Below, piece after piece: positions 23,929-43,087 of a DNA stretch of 64,000 nucleotides (position 1 is the stretch's first letter; the number at the start of each line of letters is the position of its first letter). Origin of the DNA: Balanoglossus misakiensis (Eukaryota; Animalia; Hemichordata); the NCBI GenBank assembly GCA_040954595.2, contig CM082594.2, forward strand, positions 8,625,573 to 8,689,572, written 5' to 3'. The notes under the pieces were generated by a model that worked only from the letters and a program-made list of their open reading frames with translations, was not told the origin of the DNA and made no database searches. Position numbers and translations under genes: made by a program.

Positions 23929-26900
23929 ATGCAGCTGTCGGGTTTTCAATGCCCTATGTATCACAATAGCGCCAACCAACCAAAACGGATCTCAAGTCGT
24001 CGCAACAAGCCAGTCTGCGGTCTACTTCTTGCCCTCGTCTTCACTCTCACGAACCAAATCGCACCAACTCATGCAGGTAAGCCCATGAATATTAAATTAA
24101 AATCATTTACCCTCAAGGCGGATTCTTCTTAATTTTTAATCGACTCGTTCTCACCTGGCCCAGATGCAATTTCTCTCGATTACTTAAAAATCCTACCCGT
24201 CTTTTGCAGAGGGGCTGGTGTGACTCATTGCGAGGAGTCTCAGTATAAAGTAGTCTAATTGAGTTGTGTTTGAGTTGGGGCTTAGGGCTACATTATGAGA
24301 AAACGCAAAACCGGCTTAGGACGCAACAAGGTTTCTATTGCCGGGGGTCTATAATACAAGTTCATTCATTGGACATTCATGACTGTTCGAAAATTGCCGT
24401 CTTTATTTATCATTGAAATGAACGCACTTCAGTTTCAATACAAGCACCAGTTTCGAGTCCAGAACTCAACAACGCCATGCTCGTGTACGTTTGTCTTCAT
24501 GACGAAAGAATGCAAATGTTTTATTAAAGGTAGCTTGTGAAATTGTTTAAAGTTTTCATCCAGTTCCAGTAAACTTTAAAACCAGATAAACCAGAAAAAC
24601 TTTTAGGTAAATACGGTATGAACAGGTGTCATACAGAGAAGTATACGAAGTGCTCAGAACAAACAAACTGATATGTTTGCCTTGCAATCAAGCTGATGGC
24701 CGCCAGGCAGATCCAGACACGTTGTTTTAGCTAATGCGTTCTTTTCTTTACGTGCGGTCTCTTCGTAGAACCCCGCCATAGATAAAACTTGACAACCGTC
24801 GCTCAGCGAACCCACACTCCCAAAACACCCCGAGTTCACTGTAAGCATAAAACTACCAAATTTTATGTAGGATTTTTTTTTCACGCAACTATCGATTTTT
24901 TAATTGACACTAGAAATAGCTAGTCTTTGTCGATCGATAGGTTTGGCAATAGTGTAGCAGTGTATAAGGTTTTGCGACTTAACCAATACGCATGTGCTCA
25001 GACAGACAGACAGACAGACTGACAGACAGAAAGACAGACAGAAAGATAGACAGACAAACAGACACTCAGGTACAGTACCATGTACCCTACTATATCTATC
25101 TGCCAGAAGCTGTCATTGTGGCATGCAACAAAGTAAAGCAAATATAGCGAGCGGCCCGCAGCCATGCAGATGGAAAAGAGTGCGTAACAATGATATGTAC
25201 GTGGTGTATGCATGAAATCTTGTTAAGGGAACTCGGTTTCTAATGTCCTTCCAAACGACAAAAACAAACACTATGAATTGAATCCCAGATTCCTACACCC
25301 GTTGGTAAGATTCAAACATGCCTTTCACTGGTTACAAAACTTTCGCGAACGGATCCTGTCTAGCAAACTTTACTCAGAACTGTGCTTGGAGAGAGTACAA
25401 AATATAAATTTCATTCGCTGAAAGCGTGAGGGAGTCATGGCAACGAGACGCGCTGTTAGCACAGGGGTCTGTCCTAATCCTCTAAACCTCGCAATACACA
25501 GTAGTGTAATGGAGTCCGTGGATTTGCGTATTTTACGGTTGCGTAATGAGCTCCCAGCCTCAGAGCTCTTTGAAAAAACAAACTGGACGACACAGCATTA
25601 CTGATGGACTCACCGGCAATGTGTTTGTGTAATTAACAGATGGGGGAGAATAATACACAGGTTCGGCAAATAGAGGCTTACACAATTGCCAGTTAACACC
25701 TGACTTTCCAATTGTGTACATCTCCACGGAGACAATGAATCTAACGGGGCTTGCTGTATATGACAGGGTGTCATTTAATTAACGGTCTCGGTAGATTTCT
25801 GTACTTTTACAAAGTTGAAATATTACCTATTTAATAGAATTTGAAACTATAGCGAGTCATAGTCACATAAAATGTCCTACATGTATTTTGTCTCAGTACA
25901 TTTACACGTACGAAACAGCCTCGCACCCTATGGACTGTGCTTTGTCAGTGGACCAGCCGTCGAACAGGTGTCTGCCGGAGCACTTAATCAATGGACGAAC
26001 CCTTTATGACCCTTTACGATCTTTCTTTTAAAACATCCAGTACAAGCCCTCTTAATGATAGTTTCTCAAGATTTCGCACGTCAGTCAGTGTTAATTTTAA
26101 TCGGATGGTTTTCCCACCCGTTGTAAGGAACTTGAAACAATAAAGCGGTGTTGGTAAAATGGTATGCCTTCCGGCACCGGTGACTGGTACCAACTCTTTA
26201 TTTCTCTCGCGCCTAATTACTATACAGCCCTTAAAGAAATTTTAAATTCAGAAGCTCAGGGTGGCCTTGACAGATCATTTTGTATGGACTAGGGTAGCTA
26301 ACTCCTTTGAGGCGGAAACATGACAAGAAGTTGTGGCTGCCAGATAAAATTGTTTACAAGTGGCGCTGATAAAATCCAATTCGAGAGTTTTCGGATATAC
26401 AAATGTACGTCGGTATCCAGTCGTTTGGATGATAACAAACCAAATAGGCGTATATTATGTTAAGTGACAAAATTATATGTATTTTTGTTGTTGCAGAATT
26501 TGAACAATGCTTCCCAGATGACGAAGAGATCATCTTCGAAGATGAACTTTATGCAACAAGTACATCCACCGCCTGGTGGCCGATTCCTGGAGTGGCCATT
26601 TTCATCTTCATGGTGGCGGGCATCGTCATCTTCAGCTTCGCGTTCAGTTGGTTCGTACGGGAATACTTAGACGCGTACTGCGAGTTCTGCTGGAGTTGTG
26701 GAAAAGGGGAGAAGTATGATGATGACGAGGAGGAGGAAGAGGAAAAAGATGTCGTGAGGGACACGGAGGAAGACAAGCGGCCGGTAGAGACACTCCGGCT
26801 GAAAAGTGCCAGGAAGGGGAGAAGGAAGAAGGACCCGGATATTGAACGACAGGGGAGTAATCTGTCCGAGGAGCCGGACGAACTGACGTGGCAAATTAAA

Positions 26901-27938
26901 GTCGACGAATTTTTGAGGGATATGCCGGACGGCGCGAGTGTGAACCACTTGTACAATGACTCTTTTCCTAGGAAGAGCAGTTTGGCCAGCAGTCGATTTG
27001 TGAATGAGAAGGACAGACACACAGACCATAGCAACACGGATACTGAAGCGACACCGAGGACTCATATAACTGTGACGTCATCAAAAGATGGTAACAAATC
27101 CGGCAACGAAACTGATAGAAGTGGTGTCGTTACTACGCAACCAGTAGCTTCCACATCTGGCGTGAAGGAATCTCCGACAACTCCAGTACCATCGACTTCA
27201 AAGACTCAACAGCAGACAGGCAGTAGGCCGCGCACGGCTGCAAAAGCCCCGGCATCAAAGTCTACGACTGCGCACACTTCTGATAGAAGTCCGACGAGGC
27301 CATTGACGGCTGGAAGGAGTGTTGCTGTCCGGTCAACGATTGCGCAAACTCAACACCAATCCGTTGGAGCCGAGACCCGTTCTCGGCCGCAGACTGCCGG
27401 GAGAACTTCCGCGGCCAGACCGACAACTGGTGCAGCTGCGCACAGGACTTCCAAAGTGTCTCCGGAGAGGCCGAAAACAAGGCAAGGTGGTCGCCCAGCA
27501 ACTCGCCATGGCAACAGCGAGTCGCCGGCGGCGGCTCCGGTTACACCAACCAGCGCCAGAAAACGAGAGCAACAGAAAAAGTTCGACGATGCTTGGGATC
27601 AGCAGCAAGACGTGAAAGCGTTGGCACTGGACGACGACGAGTATTTACAGGACGATTCCAACAAACCCGGATCGTTACAAAAACAGCTGCAGACACCCAG
27701 CAAACCTGCTCCCCAAGAACAGACACGAGAGCCAGCTAGACCTCTCATCGGTATCAGGCGACCGAGTCAAACCGCGCAACAGTTTAAAACTACGGGGCGA
27801 ATGACGAAGTCGTACAATAGAAAAGACAGTGGGATTTCTGTCTCCCAGAAGACCGAGTCGCCTGTAAGCACTACAGTGCCCGAGGAAGGCGATAAATCGT
27901 CGATGCCCTCTCAGACTTCCGCTACTGTTCACAGGTAG
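23929..27938 (+). CDS. Uncharacterised type I single-pass membrane protein, about 529 aa, two exons
   Basis: Exon 23929-24076 (ends in signal-like VCGLLLALVFTLTNQIAPTHA, donor GTAAG, phase 1) joins in frame to exon 26497-27938 (acceptor TTGCAG). TM helix PIPGVAIFIFMVAGIVIFSFAFSWFV, Cys cluster, long S/T/R/P-rich tail. Start codon choice uncertain; further small exons cannot be excluded. Confidence 0.75.
24999..25063. repeat. (CAGA)n tetranucleotide microsatellite, imperfect
   Basis: Direct read of sequence. Confidence 0.9.
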
Positions 27939-29814
27939 CACTATAGTGTACATTCGAAAAGAAGTTTTTTTCACAAACGAGAATTTTTAAATTTTTAAAC
28001 TGATATTGTATAATAGGCCATTTGGGGAAAGTTGGCGTTATTTTTTATAATATCGGGAAATTGTAGTATTTTTTGCCAGTAATGATTTAGTAGGCCTAGA
28101 TGATTGATGAAAAATCGACTCGGAACTTGTGGCAACGACCATTCCGTCCAAAATCATGTTGTAGTGCCTGGAAGTTGACAGAGGCGAGTTCAAATATTTT
28201 AAGCGACATGAAATTCTCACTGGCACAAATGTGGGAGGGTGCATTAAAATCAGCCGGAGAGTTAGGCGCCGCCTATCTCTACAGCCGATTTTAATCAGAT
28301 TCGGGGTGGGGGTGGGGGTCTGTTATAGCTGTAAACAGTGCAATTTCATTACTCTCATTTTCAATGATTTATTTTTACTATCTAGTTTTTTCAGACATGT
28401 TGTAATTAGCAGGGTGTTGCGTCAAATTGTGCGCCACAGACAATCTGTTTGAAAGGGGTCGGAATAGTTTGAAACAAATGATGTGAAGTCGACATATACA
28501 ATAAGCGATGACGAAAGCGTTCTTGTTGTAAGTGTCATCGATTCCGGGGTTGTATTATGTACATATATTTTTAACATTTAAATAGGCCTAAGTTCTGGCA
28601 TTGGGCGTCCAACATTTACTCATATTTCGTTCAAGAGACGAAAACTTTTTGTCAAATTGACAACCTTCCATGACATTAGTTTAAACAGTATTCTTTGCTA
28701 CTTCGATTGATTTTTATAACTCCTTCACGAAGGCCACTCGTTTAATTTTATATCGTGGTGACATTCACAGTGTACTGTTGTGGTGTAGGCCTAATTCAGG
28801 TCAGTTCCTTTGCAGTGATGCTTTCTTGGACTCCTGGGGAAATATAAAATTTACATAGTACATGTCTTGGACTGAAGTTGTTTTGGAAAGGTCGCCTTTG
28901 GGTATTTTCAAGTCTTGCTCCTCGGAAACAAACGTTCCCAAGTTCAGATGGTCCAGGATACCAATATGTTCACTGAGGTCAACATACAGAAATCAATGAA
29001 TACATTTTAAAGGTGTTTTAGTGAACAGGTCATTTGGGGTGTCGACGTATTGTAAAACCTGGCCTTTCCAAGGACAACCAAGAAACTTTATGGTCTGATA
29101 TAACAGTAAAACCAAAGCCTGTCAAATACCAGGAGGACAATGATTACATATTCGAATAACCAACCGAGATTTATGTGTAAAATTGTAATCGGCCAGTGGT
29201 TAATTTATACCGTCCCAACAGTGTAAAAGTTCAATGACGTGGCGCAATTCAACTCAAGGTCTGTTCCTATAATGGTGCTCTTTGTCGATTCTGAACAAAG
29301 TGGATGTTAAGATATTGTTATCATTGTTTGAAAATACCGTTGACATTTGCGCAGCTTCGATGGGCCTCGAGAGCTGAAGCCTTGTAATATGACGTCATTA
29401 TCACTCTTGCCATGTTAACAAGACTTCGCGTCAACAGGTGTTCGTAAACCATATATCTTGTTTTTGCATGTGATATTTTCCCGTCCACTTTATTGACAGA
29501 ATTGTGGCAGCAGCAAGGCTAAAGTACCAAAAATTTAAGTTTGCGTCAAAAACAACTCATTTCTGAACTACGATAAATGTCTTTTAGAGTGCTACCGCAA
29601 GCCTTATCGTTCGTCATTTCTTAGAGTTTCTATTCATGGTTGTGGTAATCTTTGCCCTGTCAACGAAATTCCGCAAGGTATTCATTTTGTATTTCACCGT
29701 TTTGTAAATACTGTAATATACATGTATAATGAAGAAGTTTTTACAGTTTCTTTTGCAGATCTCAAAGTGGTAATAAAAACTGTTGTCTCATATACAAATC
29801 ATTACTTTCAAGTT

Positions 29815-29869
29815 GAGAGTGAGAGTTGAGAGAGAGGGGAGAGAGAGAGAAAGAGGAGGGGGAGGAGAG
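29815..29869. repeat. GA-rich simple repeat just past a candidate polyA signal (AATAAA 29772-29777)
   Basis: Direct read of sequence. Confidence 0.85.
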
Positions 29870-31447
29870 AAATATTTACTTGACGGTGTTTTAAAGCGAT
29901 AGTGTAATCGATATGTGTAGGTGGCCCCAGTCTACATGTGACGTCGGCACTGTGTAAATATGCAGTTTTGTGCAATCATTTGTGTACTGTGTCCAGGTGT
30001 ACGTGTTTAGTCAAGATAAACACTCAAGCACGAATAAACAGGGGCACTTTTATAGAACGGTGAAAGTGGTGAGGTCATATTTGAGCCAGTTTAAACACAC
30101 GTACCAGTGTCTTCGAATCTCGCAAAACGCGCGTTGATCCATGGGAGATAACACACCGGAAGTGCAGTAAATGACCAGACGACGTCCCAAACACGGAAGT
30201 AGCTGACATGTTCACCTACAGCTTTGGAATACGACGTGCAAACTGTCAAACCAGCGATATCATTCTGTTTGGTAAGTAGTTATCTTTGTATTTTCAGACT
30301 GCAAAGCCTCACGAACAATACAGTGTAGGCCTAGTAGTATTTTCCCCATTCCGTTTAGTCTCCGCTCACGTGGGCGTGGCTCGAGCTTGTTTTTATAACA
30401 CGATGACCCATCCCCCTTGGTCCGTCGGGCCCTGTGTATCAGGTATTCGAATGTGTACCAACAGAATATGGTGTATATTGTGTTTTTCTAGTTGAATATT
30501 GATAATTGGCCCGACCCCTGGCAGACCCCTCTCGCAGACCCGAGTTCTCCTGTGGGGGCACAGGCCGACTTGTGCTGCCCTGCCTGCGAGGCCAGTCTGC
30601 AAGAGTCCGATCGGCGGCACTTTTTGTGGACGTCTCAATTTCATACATTATAAACAACTGTTTTGACACTAGACGGAGAACATCCGCGACTAGTGAAAAA
30701 CGTATGCGTATAAATGTATTATATTTAAGGCGTGTGTTTTCAAAGTACCCGCGGTGCACTAGCTATCGGTTTTCAATCTCCCATGAATCCACGCGCGCTG
30801 ACACCAGCACAGCGCACCCAGGCGGTAGAAATTGGACAGGAGGCCAGACTAAAAAGCGTGTATATTTATTAAAAACAATACATTTAAATTTCTGTTTGTT
30901 GAAAGCAGCACACAGATAGACTACAATGAAATTAATTATGTAAAATATTTATTATATGAACATCAATGGGAAGACATTGCAACATTGTCAATTTCACCAA
31001 TAAATACGATATAAAAATGACATTATAAAGCTGGTGTATTTCAACATGCAGGGGGATGAGTTTGCATAAGATATTTTACATGAACAATTTTTAAAGCCAG
31101 CCAATTGATTTGCTATATATAAGTTATTGATGATGCTGCCATGGACCAGAATTTTATTTGTAAGTAAATCTACCACAGTAAAGTTAGTGTCAGCTCGGAA
31201 AGTGCCAGTGGCAGATATGACATTTCAGTGAATTTTCATCGGTGATCAAATGTAATCTGCATTCAGCTCCAGTCGTGTGCTCTTCAAGATGTTTCTTTGA
31301 TTTTAGCTCAGGTCAAGTTCAAGGATTTCACACATGGCAATAGGGAAGCACTATTTTCCACATCAAAATGTCTAAAATACAAGCAATAGTACTAAAATAA
31401 ACTTAAAAACATTGAATTATTATGACACAGGTATCGTAATACGGTAT

Positions 31448-31557
31448 TAGGAGAGTTACCCCCTGGGCATTCACCAACTAGACATTTTCCTACCTTGGTA
31501 AAGGATACTATAGGATTAAGGTGTCTGGTGGACAAATGTCAGGGGGTGACTGTCCTA
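31448..31557. mobile_element. Short MITE-like element
   Basis: Imperfect terminal inverted repeats TAGGAGAGTTACCCCCTG ... CAGGGGGTGACTGTCCTA with no coding capacity. Confidence 0.55.
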
Positions 31558-32516
31558 CAACCTAATTTGGAGTCAAATGCATAATTCATATTGCACATGT
31601 ACCAGATAAATATAATCTTAATTCTGAAATCTTTAACAATCACAATTATGGGATCAAAATCCCTCTTTTACATACCCCAAACCTCCCCTCTTTCCAACCC
31701 TCAGAATCACCCCTTTTCATTTCAGCCCCCAACATTAAATGCCTCCTTCCCCTTCCAAAAGACAATAGATCTTGCAGTAAGTTTTCGATTGTTAAAAATA
31801 TACATTTTCATAGGCTGATAAAGAGCAAATTTATGACATATGATATACCTACATTATAATTTTGTTAAAGCGATAAATAATTTTTTACAGGGGCAAGGTA
31901 TCTCTATCTTTTAGTGGTAAATTCTGGTTTGATAGATTAACACTGTTCATATTGTTAAACTTACTGATCAGATTGAATCGTCAGTCATCATAAACTGCTG
32001 CTACCATGTATGCGGGGGCATAACATATGCCATAGTATTATTTTCATGCCATATTCACAAGAACACACAGAACATTAAACACAACAACTCACACAAAACA
32101 AACAAGCAGAATAACAATGATAAAAGTTTGAAACTTTGCCCCTGTAGCATTTTGAAACATTGCATTTTAAAACAGTGCAGTATTGATTTACGTCATATTC
32201 TATCCCTACACTTATAATTAATTTCCTTACTTGCATAAGTAAATGGATTTCTATCAATGCAGCTGCATACTGACGCGAAACGATTTCTACTTTCACAGAA
32301 ATTACATAGTCACAAGTTGTATCATGATGATGTTCATAGTTGTACCATACATTCCAAAGTTGTACAGTACATTTCGTGTACAGCACAACAAGTCTCTTCA
32401 TCTAACTTCCCCTCCATTTGCTGAGCTGTGGATTATCCCAATGATATTCTGAGAGTTGGTTCATTCCATTTGCAGCAGTACAGGGGTGTCAGAGGCTGGT
32501 TGATGAGTAATCTTTG

Positions 32517-37961
<5,445 letters not shown>

Positions 37962-38943
37962 CTTCCCTGTAATGGAAGTAAAATAATAATTTTCAACTCA
38001 AAACTCTTGCTAACAAACTCTTACATCCACACTTTATTTGTTTTTGTTTTTTTAAATGGAATATCTGTTTGTGGGAGAGCTAAACTGATGTGATCACCCT
38101 TGGAGATAAGGGGAATAACTGAAACCCATAATTCAAATCAACCACGGTACAAAGTCAGTTGATGTGTTTGTTTGTACGTAAATTGCAGTCAGGTCATTTC
38201 TTCATAGTAAATAGTGTTGGACAGTGAGTGTGTCCAGTGTCCAGAGATCGGTGGCACCTTAGAGTACCTCCATAGTATGCTGGAACCATGGGGGTAGAGC
38301 AAACAACTCCTTGGTCCATGAATGTTTATTGACAACAGAGGGGAGGGGCCGGCCAGGTATACACACTGACATTGACAACAACCAAACAGGAAGACGCAAT
38401 ATCTTGACGCACTTGTTCCATTGCATTATTCTCTCTATCATCTCCGCATCTTATTCCGTTCGATAATGATACACTCACCGAGTTTTGATGAATTGCATAT
38501 AAATATCGCCGATTTCTTTCAAACTGAACGACAGGGCGCGAATACCTTTTCGTCCACACAACCACTTCAGAATTTATCATCTGAGTACGAGTACGAATGT
38601 AAGAAAATATAATCTACATCCGGGGCGTTGGAAAGCCCTTTAGGTTGATGAATATTGCACATACTGTGATTTGTGTCGCTTTTGCTGTGCTTCCATCTAC
38701 GTCCTGTTAGACATTAAACGATAGGCAAAAGTAAAATGTTATATTCTTGAAATTCCCTCGAATACATGACACTTTCGACACGGTAATACATCTCTAAAAG
38801 TCAAAAGTCGGGATGCGTGCAAGGGAGTCAACCAGAAGTTTACTATGGAATTGTGGGAAATCATCCTCGGCAGCCATATTTACCGGCGTGAACTCAAGAC
38901 CCATTTTCGTCACGTACACTTTATATAATTTCATCGGGCAAAT

Positions 38944-39557
38944 ATGGTCGCAGCGTGGAGACAAGCGGGCATGAGGTAAGGATAAACAATGGGCCGATAT
39001 TTTTTTTACATAAGAAGGGCGAGAAACGGGAGTATATTCTTTAAGACCAGTGTTTTACGTGGTGATCATGGCCCCTGAGCTCTGCAACACGTACGTGCTG
39101 ACTGGTACTACTGCACTGGTGATACGATACACAAGTACTACTGCAATGCAGTGCCTGCGCATTATTTTCTATGCCTCAATCAATTTCATTCAGACTTGTT
39201 ACAAGGACAGTGTACTGTTATACTGTAACTGATCCCGTGAATATTTTGATTTTATCAGCTACATCCAGTACTCTGCCTTGTGTGCAAGGTTGGTCAGGAG
39301 AGCTCTCAAACCAGAATTCCGTGATCAAGCCGTGAAGAAAGAAGAGTCTTTCAGTAAAATAACAAAATGGTTGGAAGGAAAACCTGAGCCAAGTAAGTGG
39401 AAATCTTACTGTATTTGCCAGTTTGTAAGAACATATGATCATTGTGTATATTGGACAACTAAGGTGTTTACTACATCTGAGAGATGAACCATCAGTGTGA
39501 CATTCTGTAAATCACAATTTTTTCCCCCATTCTTTTTTTCTTACAGAAAAATCATGA
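38944..39557 (+). CDS. ATP5F1E: Mitochondrial ATP synthase F1 subunit epsilon, 58 aa
   Basis: Exons 38944-38975, 39259-39392, 39547-39557 give MVAAWRQAGMSYIQYSALCARLVRRALKPEFRDQAVKKEESFSKITKWLEGKPEPKKS*; the WRQAG.SY..YS.....VR.ALK.EF pattern is diagnostic. Confidence 0.93.
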
Positions 39558-41438
39558 CTTGGCTTGGAGTGTTGATACAGTGTATATGGTGTGTGCATGG
39601 TAGATAATGGTGATGGAACTCCAGTTTGATGATCACATCTTCAGTGCTTGCCGTTTTCTCCACCAGATTTGAGTTTTTTGGCAACATGTAGATATCACAT
39701 GGAAAGATATTTGTAGTTCTCAATGTCATTTAACAAGTTTGTTGTTTTTCAAACCCAAATAATTTCCAAGAATATTAAAAAGTGAAAAATATATATACTG
39801 AACATCTCGTTTGAGTCTTGTGTGCAAACAGTGGATAATGTAGCCCTGTGAAAAGAAAATATTGGTTCTGCCTGTTGAGGGCGCTAACAGTCAATCATTA
39901 TTCGACTCATTATTGTTGACCCACTTTTATAATAAGTGATATGATATACTAGTAGTCTATCTGTGCATAGCAAGAGCAAGGCTGCAGAGGATAGAACATT
40001 TCTGAACTAGAGGCCAAGGTCAGTGAAGGAAAAGTAGCATCTAAGCTTAGCAATAACAGACAGCTGCTTGTAATATCCTGTTTGAAGTCACTATCTCAGG
40101 AAACAGATTTCTCCAGGGCTGTGTTTGATGATCACTTCAATATTGTTTATCCACAAATGAAAAATGAGACCTGGAAACCAGTGAGGAAAAGTCTTTCTAC
40201 CAACAATTAACAATGTAAAAATTTACTTTTCCATTATCACATCTGATAATGTGATTCTGTCAGGGAAGTGTAATTAGTAACTGTATTTACGACAGTTGTT
40301 CCTGCACGCAGCCAAGGAAACCATGAATGGTCATATTACTGTAGCCAACCTCAAACATGTGATCTGGTGATAAATCATGGGCATGCCACACATTCTAAAG
40401 GTATAAAACGATACTCCATTAAGAATCTAAACAATGTAACTCACACATCAAATACAACAGTAAAGTGGCAACTGAGTATTTGCCAATGTGTAACATGACA
40501 TGCTGTACCAGACAGTAACGTGTAATGCGTCATTCATTACTCTCAGAAAAATCCACTTACATGTCTCGCCCCATGCCCTGATTTATTCAAACCAGCCAGA
40601 CACATCATTACTTTTCCAGAAATAGAAGGGCGCCATCATATTTACGTCTTGATTAATAACATGAATGGATGTGACCAAAATAATTTTAATATCAGTGTGT
40701 ATTTTGATCCTCTCTGGGGGTTAGAACTGCTGATTATGTTATTGAGCATTCCGAAGAAAAAATACCCTTCAAAATATTTCTATTTTATTTCGGATCATAC
40801 ATCCGGTGGTGTAGTGAATATACATCAACTTGTCAAAATTGCTTGTGTCATTCTCCTGGTGCTTGTTACCCTTTGACCCCAAGTAACTCACAAATATTTG
40901 ATCTATGTGACAGATTTTGACAGGTGGAAGTCATCAGATGCATGCATGTAGTCTACCTGGGAAAAAGTGAAATGTAGTCCACACACTTTGGTAGAACCTG
41001 CCATCTTTTATTATACTGTTGGGATGAATACAATTTCATTGATGCATTAATACTGCATGACAGCTGAATGGCATATACTCTACAAGTCCTACAGTGTATT
41101 TTAAACTTATCTGAGATAGTAAGTCCTGAAAATTCCTATTTAACCTGGCTATTGATCAACACTGAGGTATTGATTGAATGTTACTAGTCTACAGCCCCCG
41201 TGCTGGTGAAACTAAGACTGTGAATTCAATACTCTTGTGTATGTCATGTCATGACACCTGGGGTCCACACAGACTCTGGTGTAACCAGACATTCACAGCT
41301 TGTCTCAAATGTATCTGGCAGTGACCCATGTAAAGATCACAGCAAGGCTGGTCTGGTGATCTAAAGACAAAACAATTCCACGTAATCAGATACAGTTCAA
41401 TACACTGCTACTGTCCTATAAGGATTGTGAAAAGTTGG

Positions 41439-43087
41439 TTAAAATTTTTCTGGATGTTTATCAATTTCTTCTAAAAGTCTCTTCTCCACCAAGGGCAGTA
41501 ACATTGGGTCAGTTTGGAGATTGTAACTAACGAAGATCTGTTTGCCAGTTTTCTTTGCTGAAAGAGAATAGAAACATAGAAATCTGTTAGACTATATGAT
41601 ATGAATCTAAGAATGAAGAAAATGAACTTCACAAAATTAGTATGCAGACTTAATCACATAAGACTCTGCATTTCAAAACGTACATTTCATTCATTCTTAC
41701 CTAGTTTCTGTGCTAGTGATGTCGATGGAGAGTCAGTTGTTTCTCCGAGTAAGCAAGAGCTAGTTGGAATGCTGTCCTGCAAGATATCAAAACCACAGAA
41801 TTGTTACTATTATTCATGTCAGTGCAAAACCAGTAATACAATGATAAAACATGTGCATATAACTTGACCATCTGTCATTTTTTTCTGAGGAGCTCTGAAA
41901 TATCTATTTCTTTCAATGACCATGCAATTAATTCTAAACTGTCTGATCAGAAAATACACATCAAGGATTGTAAGAACACAGTCTTAAAAATAAATGTACA
42001 TGGTTTATTTATGTAAAGTATATTGTCTCAGTATGACCTCAGAGTGATTCATTTTGACTCGTAAACCCTGCAATGTCTGACTTCATATACCTCCCACACA
42101 TCTCACTGACTGATTTTCCAGGGTTAAATTAAAAGGCCTTTTTACTGATCAAAATAGAGTCTTGATGACAGCTTTATTTTAAAGATGCTTTCCACACGCA
42201 TTTCAGGTTTCCTTTGGAGCAGGAACCTTGACCTTGAACCTGACTGTTCATTCTATCAGCATCAATTATCACTTTCAAATGACTTTGGATTTTAGGCATA
42301 AATTCAGGATGATGTTTTCACACTGGTTAGTCTGAATTAAAATTCCAATAAAGCTTTTAATGGTGGAGTTCATCTAAGTGAAAGAGAACTATATTTAGGG
42401 GAAAGGTTAGACCAGGTTAACACAGTTTGTGAAAATGACTCATTCTTTGCAACCGGCGTTCACACGTCACTTTACGTGTTCGAATTATTAAACAGCACGT
42501 GGGACACTGCCTTCACTGGATGCCTTGTGGGACATGGCTTGGAATGCCTGTCTCTCATTCATGCCAAGTACAGATCACTTACATTTCATTCAGAACACAC
42601 CAGCTGAACACGCTCATTTTTTAAATGCACTGTAGGGTTAGTCTGGGTCACATGCATAAGTACCCAAGGCGAGATATCACGCCACACAAGCAGACAGCAA
42701 GAATGGAAAATCACTGACAGACACTCTTTTTATGAGAATTAGCATATGTGCTATCACCATAGCAACGAAGGGAAACGATGCCATGACAATCTAAACTTTA
42801 TGTAATATATTCCATTGACCAATGTGTCATTTTCCTCTATTAACATGACAGAATTAAAAATAGAGTTTGACTGCAATGCCTTTGGCGTTCGAAATGTTTG
42901 AAATACTTACAAATTTTGTATTCATTGCTACCGCAAGACTTGACAGGTTAGAGGCTCCAGTTCCAACCCACAAGAAAAAGCTGTCTGCTAGTTTAAGAAC
43001 ATGGAAATGCACGACTTGCTGTAAAAGACTTTCCGAGAAGTTATACACTTCTGATGCACACTGTGCTTCTTCTATCGCCACTTCCAT
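41439..43087 (-). CDS. PSMG4: Proteasome assembly chaperone 4, 123 aa
   Basis: Exons 43087-42911, 41776-41701, 41557-41439: YNFSESLLQQVVHFHVLKLADSFFLWVG...LAVAM, STSLAQKLAKKTGKQIFVSYNL, LVEKRLLEEIDKHPEKF*. Confidence 0.92.

Noticed and set aside
26457-26496. Start of the 493-aa ORF (MLSDKIICIFVVA) as a real N-terminus
   Set aside because: It is the T-rich acceptor region of an intron; the upstream exon splices in frame at 26497.
30506-30630. GC-rich stretch ending in a T-run as 7SK, RNase P/MRP or other Pol III RNA
   Set aside because: No diagnostic motif of those RNAs recognised; kept only as part of an unexplained island.
30506-30919. 137-aa ORF as a gene
   Set aside because: Non-ATG start, no recognisable domain, overlaps a hairpin-like element and the probable DEF8 3' end.
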